DNA of 64,000 nt, taken from contig CALKWM010000038.1 in NCBI GenBank assembly GCA_938004065.1, positions 66,466 to 130,465 on the forward strand, read 5' to 3'. Positions 28,701 to 38,300 of the stretch are shown piece by piece. The stretch comes from an uncultured bacterium (lineage in GTDB: Bacteria; Patescibacteriota; JAHJAL01). The translations under genes were made by a program, and so were the position numbers. The notes beneath the pieces are model-generated. The model made no database searches. It saw nothing but the letters and a program-made list of their open reading frames with translations, and was not told the DNA's origin. Position 1 is the first letter of the stretch; the number at the start of each line of letters is the position of its first letter.

Positions 28701-30987
28701 TCGTGCCGTCGAAATAACGGGAAAGTGTTTGTTGAAAACCGATATTAAAATATTGCCAGGTGGGAGTACCAGCAACGGAACTAACGGTTTGTAATAGTTT
28801 GCCATTTTTGTATAGATGAACTTGATCGTTGGTATCGTCAAACACTCCGACTAAAAATTGCCACTGCCCAAAATCCTGGCGGGGATTATAATTATATTCA
28901 TTAGTATAATTGCCGCTGGGCGTGCCGATGGCGATTTCATATTGATTCTGATTACAGTCCAAGTTCATATTGAAATAATTGGGACTGTAGTATTGGAAAA
29001 TATGCGGCCAGCTGGTGTTACCACAGGAATCAGCTTTAAACCAGGTCGCCACGGTCAAATTGCCGGTAAAGCTGTAGGTTGATGAACTATTATTAATATA
29101 AGTGGCGGTATCACCTGGCAACATCACTGCACCAGCGCCCCATTTCTTGTTGGCGGCGGTCCAGCCTTCACCGGGGTCAACGTCTTGCCCGGAAGTGTTG
29201 GCAAATCCGGTTAAAGTGGCGTTGCATTGGGAGCCACAAGATCCCGCAAAATTACTGGCGGTTGTACCAGAGGTTTCGTTCAAGTTCCAGCTGGCGACCA
29301 GACCATTTGTAGTCAGATCAGTTTCACCGTCGCCGGTTGCAACGCCGTGCTCGGTCCAGCTAAGAGAATTAAGTATAGGACTAGTAGTGCCAGTGTCAAT
29401 TACTTCCGAGGTGTAAACGCCATAAGGTTTGAGTTGAGCATGAGCGATAATTTCTTCTTCTGTCAGCGCCTTCTGATATATTGCTACTTCATCTAATTTT
29501 CCATTCCAGATGTAAGATGAGCCGCCACCGCCGGCGCCCATACCAATGTAGAGTGGATCACTAACGTGATTAATAGTTGAAGAAATATAGTCAACAGAAC
29601 TCACCAATTTACCATTAATGAACAATTTAATCACATTTCCATCATAAGTACCAACTATGTGCGACCATTTATTTAGTTCCAGCGTACCGCTAGCTTTATA
29701 AGAAGAGTAGTTATTAATATAAAAATGTATATCATTGCCACCTGAAAGGCTATATAATCCATAACCGTTAGTCCATGTCCATGACGATTTCATGAGTATT
29801 ACATCGTAGGAGTCTATACTAGTTGGATTTACCCAGGCTTCCACCGAAATTTGTTGGGACGGTTTCAAACTGGCGTGATCGGCGACTGTAATATAATCAT
29901 TATTGTCAGCATATCCGCGGGCATTACCAATTTTGCCGGTTTCGTTGGTTGTATTGGTAGCTGTGCCGGTGTTGCCGTTGCCGGAACTGTCGACGATGCT
30001 TGAACCTGTCTCTTCCATGTGCCACAAGCCGGCGGTTTGCATGTCGGATCCATTGGCAGTATAAGTTAGCTGCACTTTCGGATCGCTAGTCACTTCCACC
30101 CGATTTAAAGCCGTTCCGTTGTTAAACTCGCCCTGGGTGTCATGGACAATGGTCGGATCGATAATCACTGGATATTGGCGATCGGTACTGAATAACCATT
30201 CTTGATCAACGGTCACGGTCAACAGATAAATATTGTTATTTAGTAATTCATATTTTGCATTAATATTACTTGTCATTGCTCCGATGGAATCATAAGCAGT
30301 CATGGGCAGGAAGTGGGCGAAATAATTACCATCCCGATCGGTGAAATATATAGTATCGACCGGCAGGTTCCAGCTGTTGCCACTGACGGCTTTATTTATC
30401 AAAACATTATTATCGGTTTTTAATTGATATCGATAAACACTGGACACATCTTTATCCCCGTTTATCACTAGCTCTTCTTTTAAGCCATTGGCTAGGGGCG
30501 AGTATTTTACAATGATGTTGTTTGCCCTGTCATCGATTGAAAGAATTTGCCCATCGACAGTTGAATTGTTTGATTGATTGAATTTACTGATTGCTCTCCC
30601 CCACCATGATGGTTCAAGAGCGGTAACAGATGCTGTCAAATCAGTATTGTTGTTGTCAATGAGACCAAATTGCACACCCAATTTGTTATCAAAACCGGCT
30701 AGTTTGGTTAAACTTGAAAGCCAGTTGCCTGCTTTGACCGGCTCGGCTTGAAATTTGACGATTGATTCATGATCCAACGCTTTGTCGCCAATTTCCACGG
30801 CAAATTCCGGACCGGAATGTTCAAAATAGCTGTCATCCAACCAGCCGGCGGAGCGGATTTGGCCGGATATTTCGGGTAACGGATAGAGTAACTCATTGGC
30901 CATGACCGAATTGGATAGCATAAGAAGTCCTGCCATTGCTATGACAACGTTTTTGATAATTTTTTGGATTGTTTGAACTTGATTCAT
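19768..30987 (-). CDS. giant secreted LamG/DUF2341-like/beta-propeller surface protein (3739 aa) with WxL-like C-terminal module
   Basis: 11.2-kb ORF. Cleavable signal peptide (MAGLLMLSNSVMA|NE). N-domain is collinear with 1077..11621 (RQYPVIIDPTIVHDTQGEF). Contains LamG domains, a 5-blade YKM[WY]Y/RIYYATS.DGLTWTK propeller and Ig-like Cys modules. Two DUF2341-like modules (W.YR..I.I....NYQV......DGDDIRF.D.DG..L.Y.I......IYVKIP....N..IYMYYGN). One beta-helix module, an Asp-box module (ISSPNGGESY...) and a C-terminal module ending SGSYSHTVLYVCTAKY*. Confidence 0.9.
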   Translation of the reverse strand: MNQVQTIQKIIKNVVIAMAGLLMLSNSVMANELLYPLPEISGQIRSAGWLDDSYFEHSGPEFAVEIGDKALDHESIVKFQAEPVKAGNWLSSLTKLAGFDNKLGVQFGLIDNNNTDLTASVTALEPSWWGRAISKFNQSNNSTVDGQILSIDDRANNIIVKYSPLANGLKEELVINGDKDVSSVYRYQLKTDNNVLINKAVSGNSWNLPVDTIYFTDRDGNYFAHFLPMTAYDSIGAMTSNINAKYELLNNNIYLLTVTVDQEWLFSTDRQYPVIIDPTIVHDTQGEFNNGTALNRVEVTSDPKVQLTYTANGSDMQTAGLWHMEETGSSIVDSSGNGNTGTATNTTNETGKIGNARGYADNNDYITVADHASLKPSQQISVEAWVNPTSIDSYDVILMKSSWTWTNGYGLYSLSGGNDIHFYINNYSSYKASGTLELNKWSHIVGTYDGNVIKLFINGKLVSSVDYISSTINHVSDPLYIGMGAGGGGSSYIWNGKLDEVAIYQKALTEEEIIAHAQLKPYGVYTSEVIDTGTTSPILNSLSWTEHGVATGDGETDLTTNGLVASWNLNETSGTTASNFAGSCGSQCNATLTGFANTSGQDVDPGEGWTAANKKWGAGAVMLPGDTATYINNSSSTYSFTGNLTVATWFKADSCGNTSWPHIFQYYSPNYFNMNLDCNQNQYEIAIGTPSGNYTNEYNYNPRQDFGQWQFLVGVFDDTNDQVHLYKNGKLLQTVSSVAGTPTWQYFNIGFQQTLSRYFDGTIDSTKVYNRVLDINEINSLYQIGNVQLQTRTGADSSPDDGSWEAWKPSGGGVETQIDNFDNNEANLHVFENAWSNANTNQNWVKKNNATASTTCDSGSSCSYTDGRMGLGSTGRGDDANIYSGNVFKDGSTYKMYYYGYDGAVGRIYYAYSSDGLTWTKNDNNIESPSDTTGTNGRLPISATAGTGDDASIAYSTVIKDGSTYKMWYGGSDGSKYRIYYATSSDGLTWTKANITIPTTCDSGSACPYGDGRLGLGTSGTGDDNNIYAPYVFKDGSTYKMYYTGDDGADRHIFLATSSDGLTWTKYNNALPADSDSISTDGRIPTGTSGTGDDAYLYMGTVIKEGGYYRAWYSGQDGTYWRSYYAVSPDGLTWKKINNTIPADSSTIAYNGQIPQGLAGSGDDDHALLPRVIYENGIYKMWYAGEDGAAFRIYHASMAPLPCKNETVTNIKLEGTGSEKFTTGYQMSDSVTVGLWHLDETGGSGAYLKDSSGNGNHGTPTGTTVTNGLSQKARNFNGSSDYISAADSSTLDMTSSPITVEIWFKRDVVGAISGLISKGGNGEYSPYTLVIDSANTIYFLESSDGSSWATMINSTATIIDNNWHYLVATNNLTTAYLYLDGVQIGSDTSPATSRWNNSSVLTIGAENKPSDNTKGRFHDGLIDEVKIDNVARTSDEIAEAYRLGRDHRFHNSLTSAIDLSDKSLVPVSIASDQPGTHLEVTFGESEFANNVPDANTLGLWHLEEQTGSGAYIKDSSSYAQHGTPTGTTFIQGKIGQGRSFNGSSDYVNIPDDANNSFGNGTTDTAFSVSAWIYRNGNNNDPIISKDTGASVREWQLVPWSDNYLYWSMYDNDGANRISKRVPNANVLLSSGSWHYVVANYDGSGSSNGLSVYIDGQRVDSSTDVDNAGTYVAMHDTTSPLRIGNGNTGTYYFNGRLDEVRLDKVVRTADEIRQAYEIGLRTHSITFDFAASLDSGNTISGSGDTSFTVDATSEGLPNKGTGLYVGDKIIVRENYDGTEYIAQGTVTSVNISTGAVMVASWDSGSTFPSGGYTVNADVFKWQKEYIDISDSFDAHINAVDNITWRVLDGNQGRTFWIDDLNMVSDYLTNPTGSTITSTPNQYFQYRIIETTTDTDPTPSVSSVTLDYSYPLIMTGGSTSQSYLYNGNKNAFNVQCNGVTIAQTGKTVYCEGSWDQTNWNTIGSASSPLSDATIQGTPDVTNWTGYPAGEGSVTIYVRAVVDGNPTSTHNFSVTKDTTPPAVTTITSVAGDPNSPYYDVTDDSSTLVVYTASADAATCKWDESDITYTAMTDTCTSTTNCTLDLSGYGAKTVYLACADTAGNYTDQVNNYQLDYAIGGITMTGAQSSMSFINNYNKTAYNIQCNGVTKPQAGTATCYASFDQSDWHEVDQTTTPVSGATLQDEVNVTGWTGYTPDGDKTIYTYVSDSSNDSEIFSFNSHVDTVYPVINSITSVAGDTTPPYEDASNNASTFVVFDASADSDVCRWSTNVGHDYDTMPNSCGVAGNTCNLTLTGVSAHTAYIRCIDTHGNKQQSSLQVDYEITSEAPVESGWMYYREITISPATSMNNYQVKIELHPGNFDYANAQDNGEDIRFFDVLGETKFDYWIETWNTAGTSEIWVEIPDSGTSEFLMEYGNSSATSESNYDNVFIRDYSHESGLSGQWLMNEGSGSTVADSSGQGNDGTRQGYAIWRDSEGGQWDGRSDIKFADGKHIYNNGTADSNSRITIADAPELDLTTGATVEMWYKPWNVVNWTRMLAKGQEGANLYAIVLNDSKKPYFYVNGPSSTTATATTTLVVNRWYHLVGTYDGTDIKMYLNGQMEGISSSTGNINVNDHALAIGNNADGSTDRPTYGYYDDVRVYSRALSAGEILAHYEHRLYDSANPQTIIGGVRTGTDDETGQENWFDDDWAHRTELTIINEGNINTLTDYQVQSNIDTKIYIDQSQMQADGDDIRFADSDGTTLMPYYIISGVNTNNTRIYVKIPSIPANNNKTIYMYYGNPAAGAYENFDNTFTKNSGFDGLAGSWHFDEGADNTCSDGDDACDDSGYGNNGVFNGAPAWQADEGAQWDSRPDLEFSTGDHLYFDGTDDYINVGNGSSMYQAGNHLVVSAWIKPTVSNQWMPIMAQRDAACGSNPNWHFYINDSNKLYFQTSNGAYGSASYTSTATIEPNIWTHVAVVYDGVYVNFYKNGQFVDRSALNALMYLRTTQMTFIGTETCGNFYEGYMDEVKLYTTKLNASQVLGLYEHRKASEPEPQAGYYRPSYEEVAGEIGSGTWTSGSTIYVSGPTTIIPGSTLLIEPGTVVKFAHSAYIVTDGSTVVAEGESGNPIYFTSMDDDTIGLTVEGSDGAPAAGDWNGVYVISPDAAGSFKFCNFNYGGETIILDGTIFRGQLNTKGVNIAAYNNVFNNSANADIFVYDASPDIQRNNLGDSPYGIYVEANGSIITNPIQYNSFSNTTIAAVYIDGLPDTDNNTGPGLTLRHNDIDNTNTGFYIDNPSGTTIRDANAENTVDARQNAFENLAGYMCYFDSSAGNCKFDRTAGGEILFDTNSSVISSPNGGESYFAASSRTINWTFNNGTTNGNHLDILLSTDSGSEFDQTIVANIKCDGSGAGPGCTGSTGSYTWTIPAVSTTEARLKISMKDSGGNTLIEDISDRNFTITVIEDTLTDYTPDADAKHTIKFVIDQYAGQYIDDSIKVTFPPEFDLSISASDVVASGGDVGWSGSEIIDTSSIVFPFTGTLDHTDGLITLTIGNNNNLINNPSSEGSYRIILTLHDGQAGGGFPTHRLATNVLINSGLAFNINVESALEFSIRDITDSTDITQLDFGDLEVNTVYNQSHILKVSTNAYHGYTVTMREEHDLSGTAGSVPDFTGTNSAPLAWTSPSGTGFYGYHTSDSTLGTGTTSRFASADRWAAITTTPSEIAYSNNLVMNDTTTMTYRLQVTSGQPSGSYSHTVLYVCTAKY

Positions 30988-31000
30988 ATATTTATTTTTT

Positions 31001-32230
31001 TTAACTTTTTTTCTCTATCAACAATGTGTAAGCGAATTGATTATATTCATCATTTTTTATTTCCAAGCCATTACTATTTAACATTTGCCATGTGAATTCA
31101 TTGTTTTGCATCAAGCCATTCAGTGATTGTGTCATGTTGGTTTTATCAAGATCCTGATAAGATAAGGGGAAAATGTAAGCCTTTCCTTTATCTCTCAAGA
31201 CCCGTAATATCTCCGCGAAACTATGATCATATTGTTCTTTATTCATCCGATGAAAAAGATGAGCTGATATGGACCACGAAGCGACAAATCGGTCAAAACT
31301 ACTGTCTTTAAAAGGTAGTTCAGGAAACATGGCCTGCAACACATGCGATTTTTCCGTTCTCTTTTTCATTCGGTGATTATCAATCATCGGTCGGATTAGT
31401 TTATCGATTATTTCTTGTTTTTCTATCTGATCCAGCTTTTTACCAGACTTTTTTTCAAGTAATTGAATCTTATTTTCCAATTTAGGTTTTAATTCCTCTT
31501 CGTAGAAAACTAGATCGGAGAAAAGGTTGGCTCCTCGTTTAGCTAAATACCAAAAATCTTTGAGATCACGTTTTATTACATCTGTTATTTCAGGAACATT
31601 TTCTTCTTCCGGAACGTATGGTTTGTAACTATTGTAAAACTCCGCAATTCCATCCCATGCTCGACTAGCATCTAAAAATTTCTTTTTGTTTTTCAATACT
31701 GAATTCGATTGCATGGCTTCCTGTGATAATTCAATTGCATTTTCTAAATATGGCTGAATCATTTCAATCCATTCAACATAATAATATTCTCCTTCATTTT
31801 GGCAGGGAAAAATCTCTTTTGGATCGAAACCATCGGCTAATTTTTGGTAATATTCTCTAATGTTATCCTCAAAAATTTGCACTTGTTGATCAGCTATATT
31901 ATGAAAACCACCTGGTTCGTAAAAATTTTCCATCTTGTGACCTTCAAAACCAGCTGTTTCGCCAAACTCATAATCAATCGTTGTAAAATTGGGATTATCA
32001 AAATATCTACCCATTACCTGGTAAGGATCGCCAACATACAGAATTTTTCCTTCTTCGGGGAACAACTCCTCAACTTCAATACCCGTTTCTTCTTCCAGTC
32101 TTTCCGGTGTCCTCCCGGTCAACGCTTTTTCTTGTCGGTCATAAATACTTATTATTTCAATAATTTCCCGGGGAACGGACCCCAGAGTATCTTTTTCTGA
32201 TAAATTGTTTTTTGTTTCTAAATTACTCAT
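31001..32230 (-). CDS. hypothetical cytoplasmic protein (409 aa), probably co-transcribed with the downstream giant gene; degenerate class-I methyltransferase-like motifs
   Basis: ORF with no signal peptide. The 13-bp gap to the start of 19768..30987 leaves no room for a promoter. The C-terminal region QAMFPELPFKDSSFDRFVASWSISAHLFH......ILRVLRDKGKAYIF fits class-I MTase motifs II/III (gDae.LPF.D.sFD.V.s...l.H ... RVLKPGG.l.i). A weak motif-I-like ILYVGDPYQ lies ~230 aa upstream. Product assignment is speculative. Confidence 0.6.
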   Translation of the reverse strand: MSNLETKNNLSEKDTLGSVPREIIEIISIYDRQEKALTGRTPERLEEETGIEVEELFPEEGKILYVGDPYQVMGRYFDNPNFTTIDYEFGETAGFEGHKMENFYEPGGFHNIADQQVQIFEDNIREYYQKLADGFDPKEIFPCQNEGEYYYVEWIEMIQPYLENAIELSQEAMQSNSVLKNKKKFLDASRAWDGIAEFYNSYKPYVPEEENVPEITDVIKRDLKDFWYLAKRGANLFSDLVFYEEELKPKLENKIQLLEKKSGKKLDQIEKQEIIDKLIRPMIDNHRMKKRTEKSHVLQAMFPELPFKDSSFDRFVASWSISAHLFHRMNKEQYDHSFAEILRVLRDKGKAYIFPLSYQDLDKTNMTQSLNGLMQNNEFTWQMLNSNGLEIKNDEYNQFAYTLLIEKKS

Positions 32231-32255
32231 ATTATTTTTAAAATGTATTTATAAA

Positions 32256-32306
32256 TTATTTTCTGGATCCTGGATATCGAAGCGGTCAAGTGGACTTTCG
32301 CTTCCA
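32256..32306 (+). repeat. palindromic intergenic element, copy B (GGATCCTGGA-N27-TTCCAGGATGACAA)
   Basis: Outer stem GGATCCTGGA/TCCAGGAT(C). Inner stem GAAGCG-gtcaagtggacttt-CGCTTC. Lies 26-76 bp upstream of the ATG of 31001..32230 and downstream of the 32390..50551 stop. Confidence 0.6.
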
Positions 32307-32389
32307 GGATGACAACACTATTATTTATTATTTATTGTTTATTTTTTGTGCTCTTTCTAGTAATTAGTCATTGGTAATTCGTAATTATA

Positions 32390-35300
32390 TTAATATCTCG
32401 GAATAACTACGATCGAAACAGTCGAATCATAGTCGCCGGCTGGAACAGTCCAATCGATAACCGTTTTGAAATCAACCGTGGTGGTATCACCTATCAGCGA
32501 GGCAAAACTGTTTTTAAATATCTCATACGCTCCGGTCTCGAAATCATTATAGTTGCCGGAATTGAAATTGGTATTTTTCCAACCAAAACCAACCGTACTG
32601 TCGGACCAACTGTCATTGCCGATATAGAACGGGATATTTTCAGATGGATAATATCGGTTAGTTGGTGGTTTGTCGGCTTTGATAGCCAAACTGTAATCAG
32701 TGCCGTAACCGGTAACGGTAACATTGACACTGTCAGTCATGGACATATCGCCATTGACGGAAAGATTGATTGGGAATAGTGTTTTATCAAAGCTAATACT
32801 GAGAGCATCGACGTTAAATGTGCGTTGGGCAGCGGTGGAAAGATCCAGTTCATTACCTCCCGGCAAGGAACTATCTTTACCCTTTACATATATTGTATGC
32901 TGTCCGGCATCAAGTGCGGTTGTTGAAAAGTCAAATTCTACACTGGTGGTTCCTAAACCACTATTGATATTGGCATTTGACCAGTCGCTATTGTCCACTT
33001 TGTACTGAACTTCGGTTATGCTGGTGGCGCCACCGGTGTCGGTACCGCTACCACGAACAAATACCATATTGTCACCCGATGGGTTGGGGATATTGTAAAT
33101 TGTAAATTCGGGGGAAGTGCTGTCAATGATAAAGTTCGCATCGGATACATCCGTTGCCAGTTCATTGTCAAACGGATCCATACAATTTACCTTGATGGTA
33201 GTATTTGCTGAATTGAGCGAGGCCACCGGATCCCATGTGTAACTGCCGGTATCATCGAGATTGTTGATTATTTCAGTGTAGGAAACTCCGCCATTGGTGC
33301 TGTAGTCCAGCTGGATGTGTTCACAAATACCAAAATCCGTATTCCAACTGATGGTTTGTGCGGAACCACCTTCCCATTCTTCGGTACCGTTTGGTGAGAT
33401 CAAACTGATCGAAGCGGGAACGTCATCATAGAAACCAAATATGCCGGCGTCGTCGGTAGCAACTGCCAGATTGTTTCTGATGATGCTATAAGAAATAGAA
33501 TTTACTCGATTGGAAGTCAAACTACCACCGCTACTATCCTGTCGCCATTCATCCGTTCTTTCGTCAGGTGAACCAAATGTGATTTGAGTCAATGCACCTT
33601 CGGAAGTATATCCTTTGGTACCGACAAATATTATTTCATCGGAAGCGGTTGGGCTGGTGTTCACTTTCTTGACCCCCAATGAAGTAGTATTGTTGGTTTC
33701 TCCGGCCAGGGTAGCATTTTGATTGATCGAGTCATAGCTTTCCGCCAGATAAATGGCATTTAACTCGGCCTCAGTTTTGAGATTGGTCGAGATTTGAAAA
33801 TCAGAGAAAGAACCGGAAGAATTTTGCATATTTTCATCCATTCGTCCTTTAGCTAATGTGATGCCGTCATACCAAACCGTTTCGCCACTATTGGCAGACA
33901 AGGATAGTGTTAAATCACCGTAAGTGTCATTGGCAAATGTAATGTAATGATATTTATATGTGGTACCCGGATCGGTATTGTTGCCGGTAGTGCCGGTCAA
34001 TGATCCGGCCGAGATCTGTACATCCATATCTTGGGTACTGTCGGAAGCGGATCCCTTGGCCCACCAGGACAAAGTCCAGGTGCCGGGAATCAGTCCCTTG
34101 ATGGTTTGTTGCAATTTATTGGTTGTATCCGGACCGGTAATACTGACGGCATCGGTGCCATATTTGGAGTTGGTTTGGGAAGTGTCGTAGGTGATAGTAC
34201 CAGTTTTGGTCCAGTCGGCCGGATCACTGCCGTTGTTCAATTCAAAGCTTGGATTATCAATCATGTTAACCAAAGGATTTGGTGCGCCGGAACCGATCCA
34301 AAATTTTTCACCAATGTTGGACATGGTGATTTCTTCGGCGATACCGGTATCGGTACCATTCTTTTTCTTGTTGGCAGTCACGCCGGAAGTAAAATTATCA
34401 CCGGCCACCAAACTATCATTAACCATAATTCTGATTTTATTGGCACCGCCGGCGGTTAAGTCATTGTTATCCAGATCCCACTGGGCGGTGATCCGATAAG
34501 TTGTGTCTGATGTCCAATCGATAGTTTCATTGGTGTAAACTTCGTACAAATCGCCATCATTGTCGAGGATGCCGAAATGCAGACGGTCATTATCGCCCAA
34601 AGTCGATCCCTCCTCTTTCCAGATACGAAGTCGATTTACCGCGGTTTTAGATTGATTGTATTGTTCGTCCACTCGCGAAGGATCGCCCGCCATAGCGTCA
34701 AACAATACCCGGTGTTCATCATCCACATTGGAGTTCCAGTTGGGTGTGTAATCAAATTCAATCGTTCCTTCGGATACTTTAGAAATAGTATTTATTTTAC
34801 TGCTATTGCCAAGTGAACCATTGTACAATTCAGTGATTTCGTCAGCATTTAATGCCTGATTATATATTCGCAGTTCGTCGATATTTCCTTTCAAGTAGTC
34901 TCGGCTTTCTGCCTTGTTACCGCCAATTTGCAGTTGATTATAAATCTGGCCAATGACCGCGTCATAGATACCGGTTTGGATCAACTGACCATTTAAATAT
35001 AATTTTAAGTTTTCATTGTTGGCGCTCGGTTTTCCCCAGGTGAGAACGAAATGATTCCAGTAGTTATTGGTAAGCGTGTTAGTCGCCACCAGTTTAATAT
35101 CTCCGTTTAGTCCGGCGGTAATCTGTCCCGATTTGGCGCTTAAGAATAATCCGTCTTGATAGTTACCGCTACTTGATTGTAAATTATATATTTCGTGCAA
35201 GGCGTCAGTTGTGTTATCCAGTTTCACCCATGTGCTGATTGTTCCCTGACTACGGTTAATATCATTGGTAACGTCGTATTGGTATATATCGTTGTTTTCA

Positions 35301-38300
35301 ATACGTAGCGATTTGCCATAACGGCCGGCTTCAAAGTCGAGAGTAGTCAGACCGATTCTACTATTTGCGCCATCATGTGCTGAATAGTAGTGTTTAATAT
35401 TATTTTTCTCAAAAATAGGAACAAGCCCGAAAATATGTGCATCATCCCATTGCCCGGCAGTATTTAAATTGAAAACCGGGTTTCCTTCATTACCTATCTG
35501 CCAGTCAATACCATTAACGCTAGTCATTAAGCCAGCTCGGAAAACTCCTGAACCGTCTTGACCATAAAAATACAAATAGTATAAATTGTTTAGTTTGATA
35601 ACTTTGGGTGTTTCAATATCGTTTTGGTAAAAACTTCCGCTGGATCCGATATCGATCATACAACCATTGTCGTTTGCTTCACTAAATCCACAATCAGCTG
35701 TATTGGCGTCATCATACTTTGTCCAATTGACACCGTCCGTTGACATAGCATAGCCAACTCGGAAATTATACGCTGATTGTTCGCCGCTGTACCACATCTT
35801 ATAGACACTACCTTCTTTTGCAACATGAGGATAGGTAACTCCCCAATCATCCCAACTTCCGGCTGATCCAATAGTTATGACCGGGTTACCAGAGTTTTGT
35901 CTGATCCAGTTAACACCATTACTGCTGGTAGCATAACCTATTTCTAATCCTGAACCGTCGTATCCACCGTACCACATTTTATAAATATTATTTTCTTTGA
36001 TAACGGTTGGTTGGTAAACATAAACACTATCAAATCCGGAAGAATTATGTTCAAAAATACAACCATTGCCAGTCGCACCACTGCCGGAACACAGATTGCC
36101 AGAATATTTCTGCCAATTTATTCCGTCATTACTGATGGCATAGCCGATACGATAATCATTTGTGCCAGCAACACCGGTATACCACATTTTATACACATCA
36201 CCGTCTTTTAAAACGAATGGAGCATATACATCCACGTCATCCCAAGATCCACTGGTGCCTACATTCAAGATGACATTATTATTGGTATTTCCCCCGTAAC
36301 TTATCATATTCAAATTTGGTCTTTGTAATTCGGATTCTATTGCGGTAGTGAAAGTTTCTCCCTGATTGCCGGATAATGTTTCATCAAAATTGAGATAGAA
36401 AGTCTCGGTCGCGCCGGACTCGGTGGTAAGATTTGCCGAAGTGCGATAAGCCAAACTGTCTTGATTATTAACAGTTACCGAATTACTAAAATCAGTCAGT
36501 GAAGCATGGCTTTGAATTTCCTCGGGAGTCAGGGCGCGGGTGTAGTAAGCGACTTCATCGATGTAACCGCCGAAAGGCGAATTAAAGACGGACCAGTCGT
36601 TACCCAGATACAGATCGGTCATACTGGCCGGTTGATTGTTGTATGGAGGTAATTGCAAGTTGGTCACTGCAACGGTAAAAGTTGAATCGAGTTGACCGTC
36701 AATGTAGAAATTTACATTGCCACTGTCAAAAGTTGCGGCAACATGATGCCAGCTTTCGGTGCCAATGGCGGAAGATTCACCGGAGGTAACGGCGGATGAA
36801 CCATCGGATACTTTGAGTTGCAGTTTATTATTTTTATTGAAATAGAGGACGAATTCACCGTTATTGCCGCCATCGAATTTTGAGGCTAGGATCGGTTCGC
36901 CGGCATTGTCATTGGAAATCGCTTCATCTTTCCACACCCAGCCGGACCACGAGAAAGCGGAAGTCGGATGCAGGGAAGCGTTATCATTTACCACCAGATA
37001 ACTACGGTTACCATCCAGATAGAGAGCGTTACCAGTTTTCCCGCCGGAGGTACCGGTGTTGGGACCAAATCCACCATGATTGTTTTTGCCTGATCGATCC
37101 GCTATTTGCGCCGGCAGAGTTTGATCAAAATCCCAATAGCCGGCCAGGTCGGGATCGGAGAGGAAATTGTATTTGGCACGGGTCGGGTCATAGTTGTTGA
37201 CTGTATTGAAATAACTGTTGGTGTCAGGATTTTCAGGTGTATAACTTTGATCGAATGGGATGAGAACTCCGGTGCGTTCGTCATGCAGTTTTTGATTGAC
37301 ATAATGCTTGACAGTGCCACTGGTGGGGGTGGAGTGTTCTTGAATTACCGAGACGCCATTGTTGGTGGCAATGTAAAATGTATCGCGGCCGGATTCGGCG
37401 GTGGAAGTATTGGCCACATATATCAAATCATTTACTTCACTGCCGATATAGTTGGGAGTGGTGCTGACTGAATACTGCCGATCATAGGAGTAAGTACTGC
37501 CCTGGAACGGATACAAATTGGGATCGATGGCATCATCAAACACTCTTACCCTCTGATCGGTAGCGTTGTAATACGCCAGATCACCGGCCTCGTTGAGCCA
37601 AACTTTGGTAATATCATCGCCGTCGTTGTTTTTGAAATAGACTTGATAGTTGTTACTGGTATCATAATCCGCCAGTAATACAACACCATCGCCGGTGCCG
37701 GCAACCAGGTAGTTTATACCATTGATGCGACGAGCATAGAGGTCAAATATTTCATTTGACAAAAGCGGTTGCGTGGAACTGGCATGGAATGTCGGTTGTG
37801 TGATCGTGCTTTCGCCGCTCATTGTGGTAATATTGCCGGCGTAAATACCGTCATCATCGGTACCCATGAAAACCAGTCCGTCGAGAGCGGCTACACTATT
37901 GAAACCATCTTCTCGCAAAACAAAAGCATGACGGGTATTGTTGACAATATCGATAATGTCGAGACCGGCATTGGAAACATAGTAGTTGTATGCTCCATCG
38001 GTGTAAACATCACGTCCCTTGCCTGATTGGAGTTGTCCAATCGATGAATTGCCGGAAAAACTACCATCGGTTTTGATAATGCGGGCACCGGCATTGGTGG
38101 CAACCAACGCTTGATAACCGCTAAAGTCAATGTCTGAAACGTCATTGGACGGCAAAGATGGCGTGGTGGCGGTTGTCCAGTAATTGGTACGGACATCGCG
38201 GTCAAGATCGATTTCCGATAAACCATTATCAGTACCAACATATATGGTGTTATTATTTTTATCCAAAGCCAGACATTGCGATTGATCGCTGGTACCACCA

